Shown here: in pieces, positions 51,201 through 64,000 of the stretch | Layout: each line of letters opens with the position of its first letter | Position numbering within the stretch: position 1 is the first letter of the stretch | Assembly (NCBI RefSeq): GCF_009914755.1 | Contig: NC_060946.1 | Strand: one strand, 5' to 3' | From: the human T2T-CHM13v2.0 reference genome, Homo sapiens | Length of the DNA stretch: 64,000 nt | Made by a program: the position numbers and the translations under genes | Notes under the pieces: generated by a model | Told to the model about the DNA's origin: nothing | Seen by the model: the letters and a program-made list of their open reading frames with translations, nothing else | The model's database searches: none

Positions 51201-54200
51201 GTTGAGTACACACATCACAAACAAGTTTCACAGAATGCTTCTTTCTAGCTTGTAGGGGAAGATATTCCCTTTATCACCATGGGCCTCCAACCGTCCGAAA
51301 CGTCCACTTCCATATACTACCAAAAGAGCGTTTCAAACCTGCTCTAGGAAAGGCAATGTTCAACTCTGTGACTTGAATGCAAACATCACAGAGCAGTTTC
51401 TGAGAATGCTTCTGTCTAGATTTTATAGGAAGATATTCCCGTTTCCAACGAAATCTTCACAGCTATCCAAATATCCACTTGCAGATTCTACAAAAAGAGT
51501 GTATCAAAACTGCTCTGTCAAAAGGAAGGTTCTTCTCTGTTAGGTGAGTGCATACGTCATAAAGGAGTTTCTGAGAATGTTTCTGTCTAGTGGTTATGGG
51601 AAGATATTTGCTTTTTCACCGTAGGCCTCAGAGCGCTCCAAATATCCACTTGCACATACTACAAAAAGAGTGCCTCAAAGCTGCTCTCTGAAACGGAATG
51701 TTCAACTCTATGAGTTGAATGCAAACATCACAAAGACGTTTCTGAGAATGCTTCTGTCTAGATTTGATATGAAGATATTCCCGTTTCCAACGAAATCTTC
51801 AAATCTATCCAAATGTCCACTTGCAGATTCAACAAAAAGTGTTTTTCAGAACTGCTCTATCAAAAGAAAGATCCACCTCTGTTAGCTGAGTTCACACATC
51901 ACAAACAAGTTTATGAGAATGCTTCTGTCTAGTTTTTATTTGAAGATATTTCCTTTCTCACCATAGACCTGAAAGCTGTCCTAATGTTCACTTCCAGATA
52001 CTACAGAAAGAGTGTTTCAAAACTGCTGTACGAAAGGGAATGTTCAACTCTGTGACTTGAATGCACACATCACAAAGAAGTTTCTGAGGATGCTGCTGTC
52101 TACTTTTTATACGTAATCCCGTTTCCAACGAAATCCTCCAAGCTATCCAAATATCCACTTGCAGATTCCACAGAAAGACTGTTTCAAAACTGCTCTGTCA
52201 ATAGAAAGGTTCAACTCTGTTAGCTGCGTGCATATATCCCAAAGAAGATTCTGAGATTGCTTCTGTCTAGTTTTTATGGGAAGATATTTCCCTTTTCACC
52301 GTAGGCGTCAAGGCGCTCCAAATGTCCACTTCCAGATAGTACAAAAAGAGTGTTTCAAACCTACTCTGTGAAAGGGAATATTCAACTCTGTGACTTGAAT
52401 GCACATATCACAAAGAAGTTTCTGAGAATGCTTCTGTCGAGATTTTATATGAAGATGTTCCCGTTTCCAACGAAATCCTGAAATCTATCCAAATATCACC
52501 TCGCAGATTCTACAAAAAGAGTGTTTCAAAACTGCTCTGTAAAAAGAAAGGTTCAACTCTGTTACTTGAGTACACACATCACAAACAAGTTTCACAGAAT
52601 GCTTCTTTCTAGCTTGTAGGGGAAGATATTCCCTTTATCACCATGGTCCTCAAACCGTCCGAAACGTCCACTTCCATATACTACAAAAAGAGCGTTTCAA
52701 ACCTGCTCTATGAAAGGCAATGTTCAACTCTGTGACTTGAATGCAGACATCACAGAGCAGTTTCTGAGAATGCTTCTGTCTAGATTTTATAGGAAGATAT
52801 TCCCGTTTCCAACGAAATCTTCACAGCTATCCAAATATCCACTTGCAGATTCTACAAAAAGAGTGTATCAAAACTGCTCTGTCAAAAGGAAGGTTCTTCT
52901 CTGTTAGGTGAGTGCATACGTCATAAAGGAGTTTCTGAGAATGTTTCTGTCTAGTGGTTATGGGAAGATATTTGCTTTTTCACCGTAGGCCTCAGAGCGC
53001 TCCAAATATCCACTTGCACATACTACAAAAAGAGTGCCTCAAAGCTGCTCTCTGAAACGGAATGTTCAACTCTATGAGTTGAATGCAAACATCACAAAGA
53101 CGTTTCTGAGAATGCTTCTGTCTAGATTTGATATGAAGATATTCCCGTTTCCAACGAAATCTTCAAATCTATCCAAATGTCCACTTGCATAATCAACAAA
53201 AAGTGTTTTTCAGAACTGCTCTATCAAAAGAAAGATCCACCTCTGTTAGCTGAGTTCACACATCACAAACAAGTTTATGAGAATGCTTCTGTCTAGTTTT
53301 TATTTGAAGATATTTCCTTTCTCACCATAGACCTGAAAGCTGTCCTAATGTTCACTTCCAGATACTACAGAAAGAGTGTTTCAAAACTGCTGTACGAAAG
53401 GGAATGTTCAACTCTGTGACTTGAATGCACACATCACAAAGAAGTTTCTGAGGATGCTGCTGTCTACTTTTTATACGTAATCCCGTTTCCAACGAAATCC
53501 TCCAAGCTATCCAAACATCCACTTGCAGATTCCACAGAAAGACTGTTTCAAAACTGCTCTGTCAATAGAAAGGTTCAACTCTGTTAGCTGCGTGCATATA
53601 TCCCAAAGAAGATTCTGAGATTGCTTCTGTCTAGTTTTTATGGGAAGATATTTCCCTTTTCACCGTAGGCGTCAAGGCGCTCCAAATGTCCACTTCCAGA
53701 TACTACAAAAAGAGTGTTTCAAACCTACTCTGTGAAAGCGAATATTCAACTCTGTGACTTGAATGCACATATCACAAAGAAGTTTCTGAGAATGCTTCTG
53801 TCGAGATTTTATATGAAGATATTCCCGTTTCCAACGAAATCCTGAAATCTATCCAAATATCCCCTCGCAGATTCTACAAAAAGAGTGTTTCAAAACTGCT
53901 CTGTAAAAAGAAAGGTTCAACTCTGTTAGTTGAGTACACACATGACAAACAAGTTTCACAGAATGCTTCTTTCTAGCTTGTAGGGGAAGATATTCCCTTT
54001 ATCACCATGGGCCTCCAACCGTCCGAAACGTCCACTTCCATATACTACAAAAAGAGCGTTTCAAACCTGCTCTAGGAAAGGCAATGTTCAACTCTGTGAC
54101 TTGAATGCAGACATCACAGAGCAGTTTCTGAGAATGCTTCTGTCTAGATTTTATAGGAAGATATTCCCGTTTCCAACGAAATCTTCACAGCTATCCAAAT

Positions 54201-57200
54201 ATCCACTTGCAGATTCTACAAAAAGAGTGTATCAAAACTGCTCTGTCAAAAGGAAGGTTCTTCTCTGTTAGGTGAGTGCATACGTCATAAAGGAGTTTCT
54301 GAGAATGTTTCTGTCTAGTGGTTATGGGAAGATATTTGCTTTTTCACCGTAGGCCTCAGAGCGCTCCAAATATCCACTTGCACATACTACAAAAAGAGTG
54401 CCTCAAAGCTGCTCTTTGAAACGGAATGTTCAACTCTATGAGTTGAATGCAAACATCACAAAGACGTTTCTGAGAATGCTTCTGTCTAGATTTGATATGA
54501 AGATATTCCCGTTTCCAACGAAATCTTCAAATCTATCCAAATGTCCACTTGCAGATTCAACAAAAAGTGTTTTTCAGAACTGCTCTATCAAAAGAAAGAT
54601 CCACCTTTGTTAGCTGAGTTCACACATCACAAACAAGTTTATGAGAATGCTTCTGTCTAGTTTTTATTTGAAGATATTTCCTTTCTCACCATAGACCTGA
54701 AAGCTGTCCTAATGTTCACTTCCAGATACTACAGAAAGAGTGTTTCAAAACTGCTGTATGAAAGGGAATGTTCAACTCTGTGACTTGAATGCACACATCA
54801 CAAAGAAGTTTCTGAGGATGCTGCTGTCTACTTTTTATATGTAATCCCGTTTCCAACGAAATCCTCCAAGCTATCCAAATATCCACTTGCAGATTCCACA
54901 GAAAGACTGTTTCAAAACTGCTCTGTCAATAGAAAGGTTCAACTCTGTTAGCTGCGTGCATATATCCCAAAGAAGATTCTGAGATTGCTTCTGTCTAGTT
55001 TTTATGGGAAGATATTTCCCTTTTCACCGTAGGCGTCAAGGCGCTCCAAATGTCCACTTCCAGATACTACAAAAAGAGTGTTTCAAACCTACTCTGTGAA
55101 AGGGAATATTCAACTCTGTGACTTGAATGCACATATCACAAAGAAGTTTCTGATAATGCTTCTGTCGAGATTTTATATGAAGATATTCCCGTTTCCAACG
55201 AAATCCTGAAATCTATCCAAATATCCCCTCGCAGATTCTACAAAAAGAGTGTTTCAAAACTGCTCTGTAAAAAGAAAGGTTCAACTCTGTTAGTTGAGTA
55301 CACACATCACAAACAAGTTTCACAGAATGCTTCTTTCTAGCTTGTAGGGGAAGATATTCCCTTTATCACCATGGGCCTCCAACCGTCCGAAACATCCACT
55401 TCCATATACTACAAAAAGAGCGTTTCAAACCTGCTCTATGAAAGGCAATGTTCAACTCTGTGACTTGAAAGCAGACATCACAGAGCAGTTTCTGAGAATG
55501 CTTCTGTCTAGATTTTATAGGAAGATATTCCCGTTTCCAACGAAATCTTCACATCTATCCAAATATCCACTTGCAGATTCTTCAAAAAGAGTGTATCAAA
55601 ACTGCTCTGTCAAAAGGAAGGTTCTTCTCTGTTAGGTGAGTGCATACGTCATAAAGGAGTTTCTGGGAATGTTTCTGTCTAGTGGTTATGGGAAGATATT
55701 TGCTTTTTCACCGTAGGCCTCAGAGCGCTCCAAATATCCACTTGCACATACTACAAAAAGAGTGCCTCAAAGCTGCTCTCTGAAACGGAATGTTCAACTC
55801 TATGAGTTGAATGCAAACATCACAAAGACGTTTCTGAGAATGCTTCTGTCTAGATTTGATATGAAGATATTCCCGTTTCCAACGAAATCTTCAAATCTAT
55901 CCAAATGTCCACTTGCATAATCAACAAAAAGTGTTTTTCAGAACTGCTCTATCAAAAGAAAGATCCACCTCTGTTAGCTGAGTTCACACATCACAAACAA
56001 GTTTATGAGAATGCTTCTGTCTAGTTTTTATTTGAAGATATTTCCTTTCTCACCATAGACCTGAAAGCTGTCCTAATGTTCACTTCCAGATACTACAGAA
56101 AGAGTGTTTCAAAACTGCTGTACGAAAGGGAATGTTCAACTCTGTGACTTGAATGCACACATCACAAAGAAGTTTCTGAGGATGCTGCTGTCTACTTTTT
56201 ATACGTAATCCCGTTTCCAACGAAATCCTCCAAGCTATCCAAACATCCACTTGCAGATTCCACAGAAAGACTGTTTCAAAACTGCTCTGTCAATAGAAAG
56301 GTTCAACTCTGTTAGCTGCGTGCATATATCCCAAAGAAGATTCTGAGATTGCTTCTGTCTAGTTTTTATGGGAAGATATTTCCCTTTTCACCGTAGGCGT
56401 CAAGGCGCTCCAAATGTCCACTTCCAGATACTACAAAAAGAGTGTTTCAAACCTACTCTGTGAAAGGGAATATTCAACTCTGTGACTTGAATGCACATAT
56501 CACAAAGAAGTTTCTGAGAATGCTTCTGTCGAGATTTTATATGAAGATATTCCCGTTTCCAACGAAATCCTGAAATCTATCCAAATATCCCCTCGCAGAT
56601 TCTACAAAAAGAGTGTTTCAAAACTGCTCTGTAAAAAGAAAGGTTCAACTCTGTTAGTTGAGTACACACATCACAAACAAGTTTCACAGAATGCTTCTTT
56701 CTAGCTTGTAGGGGAAGATATTCCCTTTATCACCATGGTCCTCCAACCGTCCGAAACGTCCACTTCCATATACTACAAAAAGAGCGTTTCAAACCTGCTC
56801 TAGGAAAGGCAATGTTCAACTCTGTGACTTGAATGCAGACATCACAGAGCAGTTTCTGAGAATGCTTCTGTCTAGATTTTATAGGAAGATATTCCCGTTT
56901 CCAACGAAATCTTCACAGCTATCCAAATATCCACTTGCAGATTCTACAAATAGAGTGTATCAAAACTGCTCTGTCAAAAGGAAGGTTCTTCTCTGTTAGG
57001 TGAGTGCATACGTCATAAAGGAGTTTCTGAGAATGTTTCTGTCTAGTGGTTATGGGAAGATATTTGCTTTTTCACCGTAGGCCTCAGAGCGCTCCAAATA
57101 TCCACTTGCACATACTACAAAAAGAGTGCCTCAAAGCTGCTCTTTGAAACGGAATGTTCAACTCTATGAGTTGAATGCAAACATCACAAAGACGTTTCTG

Positions 57201-60200
57201 AGAATGCTTCTGTCTAGATTTGATATGAAGATATTCCCGTTTCCAACGAAATCTTCAAATCTATCCAAATGTCCACTTGCAGATTCAACAAAAAGTGTTT
57301 TTCAGAACTGCTCTATCAAAAGAAAGATCCACCTCTGTTAGCTGAGTTCACACATCACAAACAAGTTTATGAGAATGCTTCTGTCTAGTTTTTATTTGAA
57401 GATATTTCCTTTCTCACCATAGACCTGAAAGCTGTCCTAATGTTCACTTCCAGATACTACAGAAAGAGTGTTTCAAAACTGCTGTATGAAAGGGAATGTT
57501 CAACTCTGTGACTTGAATGCACACATCACAAAGAAGTTTCTGAGGATGCTGCTGTCTACTTTTTATATGTAATCCCGTTTCCAACGAAATCCACCAAGCT
57601 ATCCAAATATCCACTTGCAGATTCCACAGAAAGACTGTTTCAAAACTGCTCTGTCAATAGAAAGGTTCAACTCTGTTAGCTGCGTGCATATATCCCAAAG
57701 AAGATTCTGAGATTGCTTCTGTCTAGTTTTTATGGGAAGATATTTCCCTTTTCACCGTAGGCGTCAAGGCGCTCCAAATGTCCACTTCCAGATACTACAA
57801 AAAGAGTGTTTCAAACCTACTCTGTGAAAGGGAATATTCAACTCTGTGACTTGAATGCACATATCACAAAGAAGTTTCTGATAATGCTTCTGTCGAGATT
57901 TTATATGAAGATATTCCCGTTTCCAACGAAATCCTGAAATCTATCCAAATATCCCCTCGCAGATTCTACAAAAAGAGTGTTTCAAAACTGCTCTGTAAAA
58001 AGAAAGGTTCAACTCTGTTAGTTGAGTACACACATCACAAACAAGTTTCACAGAATGCTTCTTTCTAGCTTGTAGGGGAAGATATTCCCTTTATCACCAT
58101 GGGCCTCCAACCGTCCGAAACATCCACTTCCATATACTACAAAAAGAGCGTTTCAAACCTGCTCTATGAAAGGCAATGTTCAACTCTGTGACTTGAAAGC
58201 AGACATCACAGAGCAGTTTTTGAGAATGCTTCTGTCTAGATTTTATAGGAAGATATTCCCGTTTCCAACGAAATCTTCACATCTATCCAAATATCCACTT
58301 GCAGATTCTTCAAAAAGAGTGTATCAAAACTGCTCTGTCAAAAGGAAGGTTCTTCTCTGTTAGGTGAGTGCATACGTCATAAAGGAGTTTCTGGGAATGT
58401 TTCTGTCTAGTGGTTATGGGAAGATATTTGCTTTTTCACCGTAGGCCTCAGAGCGCTCCAAATATCCACTTGCACATACTACAAAAAGAGTGCCTCAAAG
58501 CTGCTCTCTGAAACGGAATGTTCAACTCTATGAGTTGAATGCAAACATCACAAAGACGTTTCTGAGAATGCTTCTGTCTAGATTTGATATGAAGATATTC
58601 CCGTTTCCAACGAAATCTTCAAATCTATCCAAATGTCCACTTGCATAATCAACAAAAGGTGTTTTTCAGAACTGCTCTATCAAAAGAAAGATCCACCTCT
58701 GTTAGCTGAGTTCACACATCACAAACAAGTTTATGAGAATGCTTCTGTCTAGTTTTTATTTGAAGATATTTCCTTTCTCACCATAGACCTGAAAGCTGTC
58801 CTAATGTTCACTTCCAGATACTACAGAAAGAGTGTTTCAAAACTGCTGTACGAAAGGGAATGTTCAACTCTGTGACTTGAATGCACACATCACAAAGAAG
58901 TTTCTGAGGATGCTGCTGTCTACTTTTTATACGTAATCCCGTTTCCAACGAAATCCTCCAAGCTATCCAAATATCCACTTGCAGATTCCACAGAAAGACT
59001 GTTTCAAAACTGCTCTGTCAATAGAAAGGTTCAACTCTGTTAGCTGCGTGCATATATCCCAAAGAAGATTCTGAGATTGCTTCTGTCTAGTTTGTATGGG
59101 AAGATATTTCCCTTTTCACCGTAGGCGTCAAGGCGCTCCAAATGTCCACTTCCAGATACTACAAAAAGAGTGTTTCAAACCTACTCTGTGAAAGCGAATA
59201 TTCAACTCTGTGACTTGAATGCACATATCACAAAGAAGTTTCTGAGAATGCTTTTGTCGAGATTTTATATGAAGATATTCCCGTTTCCAACGAAATCCTG
59301 AAATCTATCCAAATATCCCCTCGCAGATTCTACAAAAAGAGTGTTTCAAAACTGCTCTGTAAAAAGAAAGGTTCAACTCTGTTAGTTGAGTACACACATC
59401 ACAAACAAGTTTCACAGAATGCTTCTTTCTAGCTTGTAGGGGAAGATATTCCCTTTATCACCATGGTCCTCAAACCGTCCGAAACGTCCACTTCCATATA
59501 CTACAAAAAGAGCGTTTCAAACCTGCTCTAGGAAAGGCAATGTTCAACTCTGTGACTTGAATGCAGACATCACAGAGCAGTTTCTGAGAATGCTTCTGTC
59601 TAGATTTTATAGGAAGATATTCCCGTTTCCAACGAAATCTTCACAGCTATCCAAATATCCACTTGCAGATTCTACAAAAAGAGTGTATCAAAACTGCTCT
59701 GTCAAAACGAAGGTTCTTCTCTGTTAGGTGAGTGCATACGTCATAAAGGAGTTTCTGAGAATGTTTCTGTCTAGTGGTTATGGGAAGATATTTGCTTTTT
59801 CACCGTAGGCCTCAGAGCGCTCCAAATATCCACTTGCACATACTACAAAAAGAGTGCCTCAAAGCTGCTCTCTGAAACGGAATGTTCAACTCTATGAGTT
59901 GAATGCAAACATCACAAAGACGTTTCTGAGAATGCTTCTGTCTAGATTTGATATGAAGATATTCCCGTTTCCAACGAAATCTTCAAATCTATCCAAATGT
60001 CCACTTGCATAATCAACAAAAAGTGTTTTTCAGAATTGCTCTATCAAAAGAAAGATCCACCTCTGTTAGCTGAGTTCACACATCACAAACAAGTTTATGA
60101 GAATGCTTCTGTCTAGTTTTTATTTGAAGATATTTCCTTTCTCACCATAGACCTGAAAGCTGTCCTAATGTTCACTTCCAGATACTACAGAAAGAGTGTT
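31400..60200. repeat. Tandem super-repeat: 10-HOR block (about 31.4-45.0 kb) followed by an 11-HOR copy (about 45.0-60.2 kb)
   Basis: Offset 13,640 for 31799/45439, 32927/46567, 33661/47301 and 34841/48481. Offset 15,004 for 36007/51011, 36378/51382, 38186/53190, 42589/57593, 44704/59708 and 45032/60036. Boundaries are approximate. Confidence 0.9.
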
Positions 60201-63200
60201 TCAAAACTGCTGTACGAAAGGGAATGTTCAACTCTGTGACTTGAATGCACACATCACAAAGAAGTTTCTGAGGATGCTGCTGTCTACTTTTTATACGTAA
60301 TCCCGTTTCCAACGAAATCCTCCAAGCTATCCAAATATCCACTTGCAGATTCCACAGAAAGACTGTTTCAAAACTGCTCTGTCAATAGAAAGGTTCAACT
60401 CTGTTAGCTGCGTGCATATATCCCAAAGAAGATTCTGAGATTGCTTCTGTCTAGTTTTTATGGGAAGATATTTCCCTTTTCACCGTAGGCGTCAAGGCGC
60501 TCCAAATGTCCACTTCCAGATACTACAAAAAGAGTGTTTCAAACCTACTCTGTGAAAGCGAATATTCAACTCTGTGACTTGAATGCACATATCACAAAGA
60601 AGTTTCTGAGAATGCTTCTGTCGAGATTTTATATGAAGATATTCCCGTTTCCAACGAAATCCTGAAATCTATCCAAATATCCCCTCGCAGATTCTACAAA
60701 AAGAGTGTTTCAAAACTGCTCTGTAAAAAGAAAGGTTCAACTCTGTTAGTTGAGTACACACATCACAAACAAGTTTCACAGAATGCTTCTTTCTAGCTTG
60801 TAGGGGAAGATATTACCTTTATCACCATGGGCCTCCAACCGTCCGAAACGTCCACTTCCATATACTACAAAAAGAGCGTTTCAAACCTGCTCTAGGAAAG
60901 GCAATGTTCAACTCTGTGACTTGAATGCAGACATCACAGAGCAGTTTCTGAGAATGCTTCTGTCTAGATTTTATAGGAAGATATTCCCGTTTCCAACGAA
61001 ATCTTCACAGCTATCCAAATATCCACTTGCAGATTCTACAAAAAGAGTGTATCAAAACTGCTCTGTCAAAAGGAAGGTTCTTCTCTGTTAGGTGAGTGCA
61101 TACGTCATAAAGGAGTTTCTGAGAATGTTTCTGTCTAGTGGTTATGGGAAGATATTTGCTTTTTCACCGTAGGCCTCAGAGCGCTCCAAATATCCACTTG
61201 CACATACTACAAAAAGAGTGCCTCAAAGCTGCTCTTTGAAACGGAATGTTCAACTCTATGAGTTGAATGCAAACATCACAAAGACGTTTCTGAGAATGCT
61301 TCTGTCTAGATTTGATATGAAGATATTCCCGTTTCCAACGAAATCTTCAAATCTATCCAAATGTCCACTTGCAGATTCAACAAAAAGTGTTTTTCAGAAC
61401 TGCTCTATCAAAAGAAAGATCCACCTCTGTTAGCTGAGTTCACACATCACAAACAAGTTTATGAGAATGCTTCTGTCTAGTTTTTATTTGAAGATATTTC
61501 CTTTCTCACCATAGACCTGAAAGCTGTCCTAATGTTCACTTCCAGATACTACAGAAAGAGTGTTTCAAAACTGCTGTATGAAAGGGAATGTTCAACTCTG
61601 TGACTTGAATGCACACATCACAAAGAAGTTTCTGAGGATGCTGCTGTCTACTTTTTATATGTAATCCCGTTTCCAACGAAATCCTCCAAGCTATCCAAAT
61701 ATCCACTTGCAGATTCCACAGAAAGACTGTTTCAAAACTGCTCTGTCAATAGAAAGGTTCAACTCTGTTAGCTGCGTGCATATATCCCAAAGAAGATTCT
61801 GAGATTGCTTCTGTCTAGTTTTTATGGGAAGATATTTCCCTTTTCACCGTAGGCGTCAAGGCGCTCCAAATGTCCACTTCCAGATACTACAAAAAGAGTG
61901 TTTCAAACCTACTCTGTGAAAGGGAATATTCAACTCTGTGACTTGAATGCACATATCACAAAGAAGTTTCTGAGAATGCTTCTGTCGAGATTTTATATGA
62001 AGATATTCCCGTTTCCAACGAAATCCTGAAATCTATCCAAATATCCCCTCGCAGATTCTACAAAAAGAGTGTTTCAAAACTGCTCTGTAAAAAGAAAGGT
62101 TCAACTCTGTTAGTTGAGTACACACATCACAAACAAGTTTCACAGAATGCTTCTTTCTAGCTTGTAGGGGAAGATATTCCCTTTATCACCATGGGCCTCC
62201 AACCATCCGAAACATCCACTTCCATATACTACAAAAAGAGCGTTTCAAACCTGCTCTATGAAAGGCAATGTTCAACTCTGTGACTTGAAAGCAGACATCA
62301 CAGAGCAGTTTCTGAGAATGCTTCTGTCTAGATTTTATAGGAAGATATTCCCGTTTCCAACGAAATCTTCACATCTATCCAAATATCCACTTGCAGATTC
62401 TTCAAAAAGAGTGTATCAAAACTGCTCTGTCAAAAGGAAGGTTCTTCTCTGTTAGGTGAGTGCATACGTCATAAAGGAGTTTCTGGGAATGTTTCTGTCT
62501 AGTGGTTATGGGAAGATATTTGCTTTTTCACCGTAGGCCTCAGAGCGCTCCAAATATCCACTTGCACATACTACAAAAAGAGTGCCTCAAAGCTGCTCTC
62601 TGAAACGGAATGTTCAACTCTATGAGTTGAATGCAAACATCACAAAGACGTTTCTGAGAATGCTTCTGTCTAGATTTGATATGAAGAAATTCCCGTTTCC
62701 AACGAAATCTTCAAATCTATCCAAATGTCCACTTGCATAATCAACAAAAAGTGTTTTTCAGAACTGCTCTATCAAAAGAAAGATCCACCTCTGTTAGCTG
62801 AGTTCACACATCACAAACAAGTTTATGAGAATGCTTCTGTCTAGTTTTTATTTGAAGATATTTCCTTTCTCACCATAGACCTGAAAGCTGTCCTAATGTT
62901 CACTTCCAGATACTACAGAAAGAGTGTTTCAAAACTGCTGTACGAAAGGGAATGTTCAACTCTGTGACTTGAATGCACACATCACAAAGAAGTTTCTGAG
63001 GATGCTGCTGTCTACTTTTTATACGTAATCCCGTTTCCAACGAAATCCTCCAAGCTATCCAAACATCCACTTGCAGATTCCACAGAAAGACTGTTTCAAA
63101 ACTGCTCTGTCAATAGAAAGGTTCAACTCTGTTAGCTGCGTGCATATATCCCAAAGAAGATTCTGAGATTGCTTCTGTCTAGTTTTTATGGGAAGATATT

Positions 63201-64000
63201 TCCCTTTTCACCGTAGGCGTCAAGGCGCTCCAAATGTCCACTTCCAGATACTACAAAAAGAGTGTTTCAAACCTACTCTGTGAAAGGGAATATTCAACTC
63301 TGTGACTTGAATGCACATATCACAAAGAAGTTTCTGAGAATGCTTCTGTCGAGATTTTATATGAAGATATTCCCGTTTCCAACGAAATCCTGAAATCTAT
63401 CCAAATATCCCCTCGCAGATTCTACAAAAAGAGTGTTTCAAAACTGCTCTGTAAAAAGAAAGGTTCAACTCTGTTAGTTGAGTACACACATCACAAACAA
63501 GTTTCACAGAATGCTTCTTTCTAGCTTGTAGGGGAAGATATTCCCTTTATCACCATGGGCCTCCAACCGTCCGAAACGTCCACTTCCATATACTACAAAA
63601 AGAGCGTTTCAAACCTGCTCTAGGAAAGGCAATGTTCAACTCTGTGACTTGAATGCAGACATCACAGAGCAGTTTCTGAGAATGCTTCTGTCTAGATTTT
63701 ATAGGAAGATATTCCCGTTTCCAACGAAATCTTCACAGCTATCCAAATATCCACTTGCAGATTCTACAAAAAGAGTGTATCAAAACTGCTCTGTCAAAAG
63801 GAAGGTTCTTCTCTGTTAGGTGAGTGCATACGTCATAAAGGAGTTTCTGAGAATGTTTCTGTCTAGTGGTTATGGGAAGATATTTGCTTTTTCACCGTAG
63901 GCCTCAGAGCGCTCCAAATATCCACTTGCACATACTACAAAAAGAGTGCCTCAAAGCTGCTCTTTGAAACGGAATGTTCAACTCTATGAGTTGAATGCAA
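53100..64000. repeat. Tandem super-repeat with a 5-HOR period (6,820 bp), running off the window end
   Basis: Shared variants at 53190/60010, 55918/62738 and aaacatccac 56241/63061, tctttgaaac 57141/63961, and ORF variant 55438/62258. Confidence 0.8.

Larger units (their letters stand above)
1..64000 (-). repeat. Centromeric alpha satellite HOR array: 8-mer, 1,364 bp unit, about 47 copies; probably human SF2 D14Z9/D22Z1 (chr14/22 live HOR)
   Basis: Alphoid motifs recur about every 171 bp (tttctgagaatgcttctgtctag, gttcaactctgtgacttgaatgc, aaaagagtgtttcaaaactgctct). Equivalent ORF starts fall at 1207, 2571, 3935, 5299, 6662 ... 61218, i.e. steps of 1364 bp (1363 across a 1-bp deletion). A/B dimeric alternation; one TaqI site (TCGA 610-613) and two XbaI sites (952, 1294) per HOR. 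Alpha satellite identity is near certain; the chr14/22 assignment is about 0.75, and chr14 versus chr22 cannot be resolved by eye. Strand follows the CENP-B box orientation. Confidence 0.98.

Noticed and set aside
883-62455. About 60 recurring 65-71 aa ORFs (MKGNVQLCD..., MPQSCSLK...)
   Set aside because: These are chance open frames in alpha satellite dimers. They repeat with the HOR, many start at GTG, and they appear or vanish with single SNVs (ctatga versus ctagga; gcagat to gcataa). There is no recognisable domain or gene structure.
1-64000. CRISPR-like appearance (conserved motifs with regular spacing)
   Set aside because: The intervening sequences are homologous monomer parts, not unique spacers. 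There are no cas genes or leader, and the sequence is primate satellite.
1-64000. Hidden L1/Alu insertion, inversion or monomer-number HOR variant
   Set aside because: Anchor positions advance by exact multiples of 1364 (less 1 bp at each known deletion) through the window and all boxes have the same orientation, leaving no room for inserted or deleted monomers.
1-64000. Alternative assignment to chr13/21 or to SF1 8-mers (chr10, chr12)
   Set aside because: The canonical chr13/21 HOR is an 11-mer of about 1.87 kb, and the monomers look SF2-like rather than SF1-like. This is not formally excluded without an HMM-based monomer classification.

Overview
The whole 64 kb window is one uninterrupted, single-orientation array of primate centromeric alpha satellite DNA. 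About 171-bp monomers form an 8-monomer higher-order repeat (HOR) of 1,364 bp, giving about 47 HOR copies and about 375 monomers. CENP-B boxes (reading on the minus strand) occur in every second monomer and alternate with pJ-alpha-type A-boxes. This organisation best fits the human suprachromosomal family 2 chr14/chr22 live HOR (D14Z9/D22Z1); that assignment is from recognition, not a search. There are no genes, RNA genes, transposon insertions or inversions, and the recurring short ORFs are artefacts of the repeat. I found no new gene-based system. The information lies in the variant pattern: nested tandem duplications of 1, 2, 3, 5, 6-to-5 and 10-to-11 HOR units, a recombinant HOR junction, a CENP-B-box-disrupting haplotype confined to the first 13 kb, a roughly 4% divergent ancestral-looking patch, and a haplotype turnover between about 30 and 38 kb. 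All variants were read by eye and should be confirmed by self-alignment.
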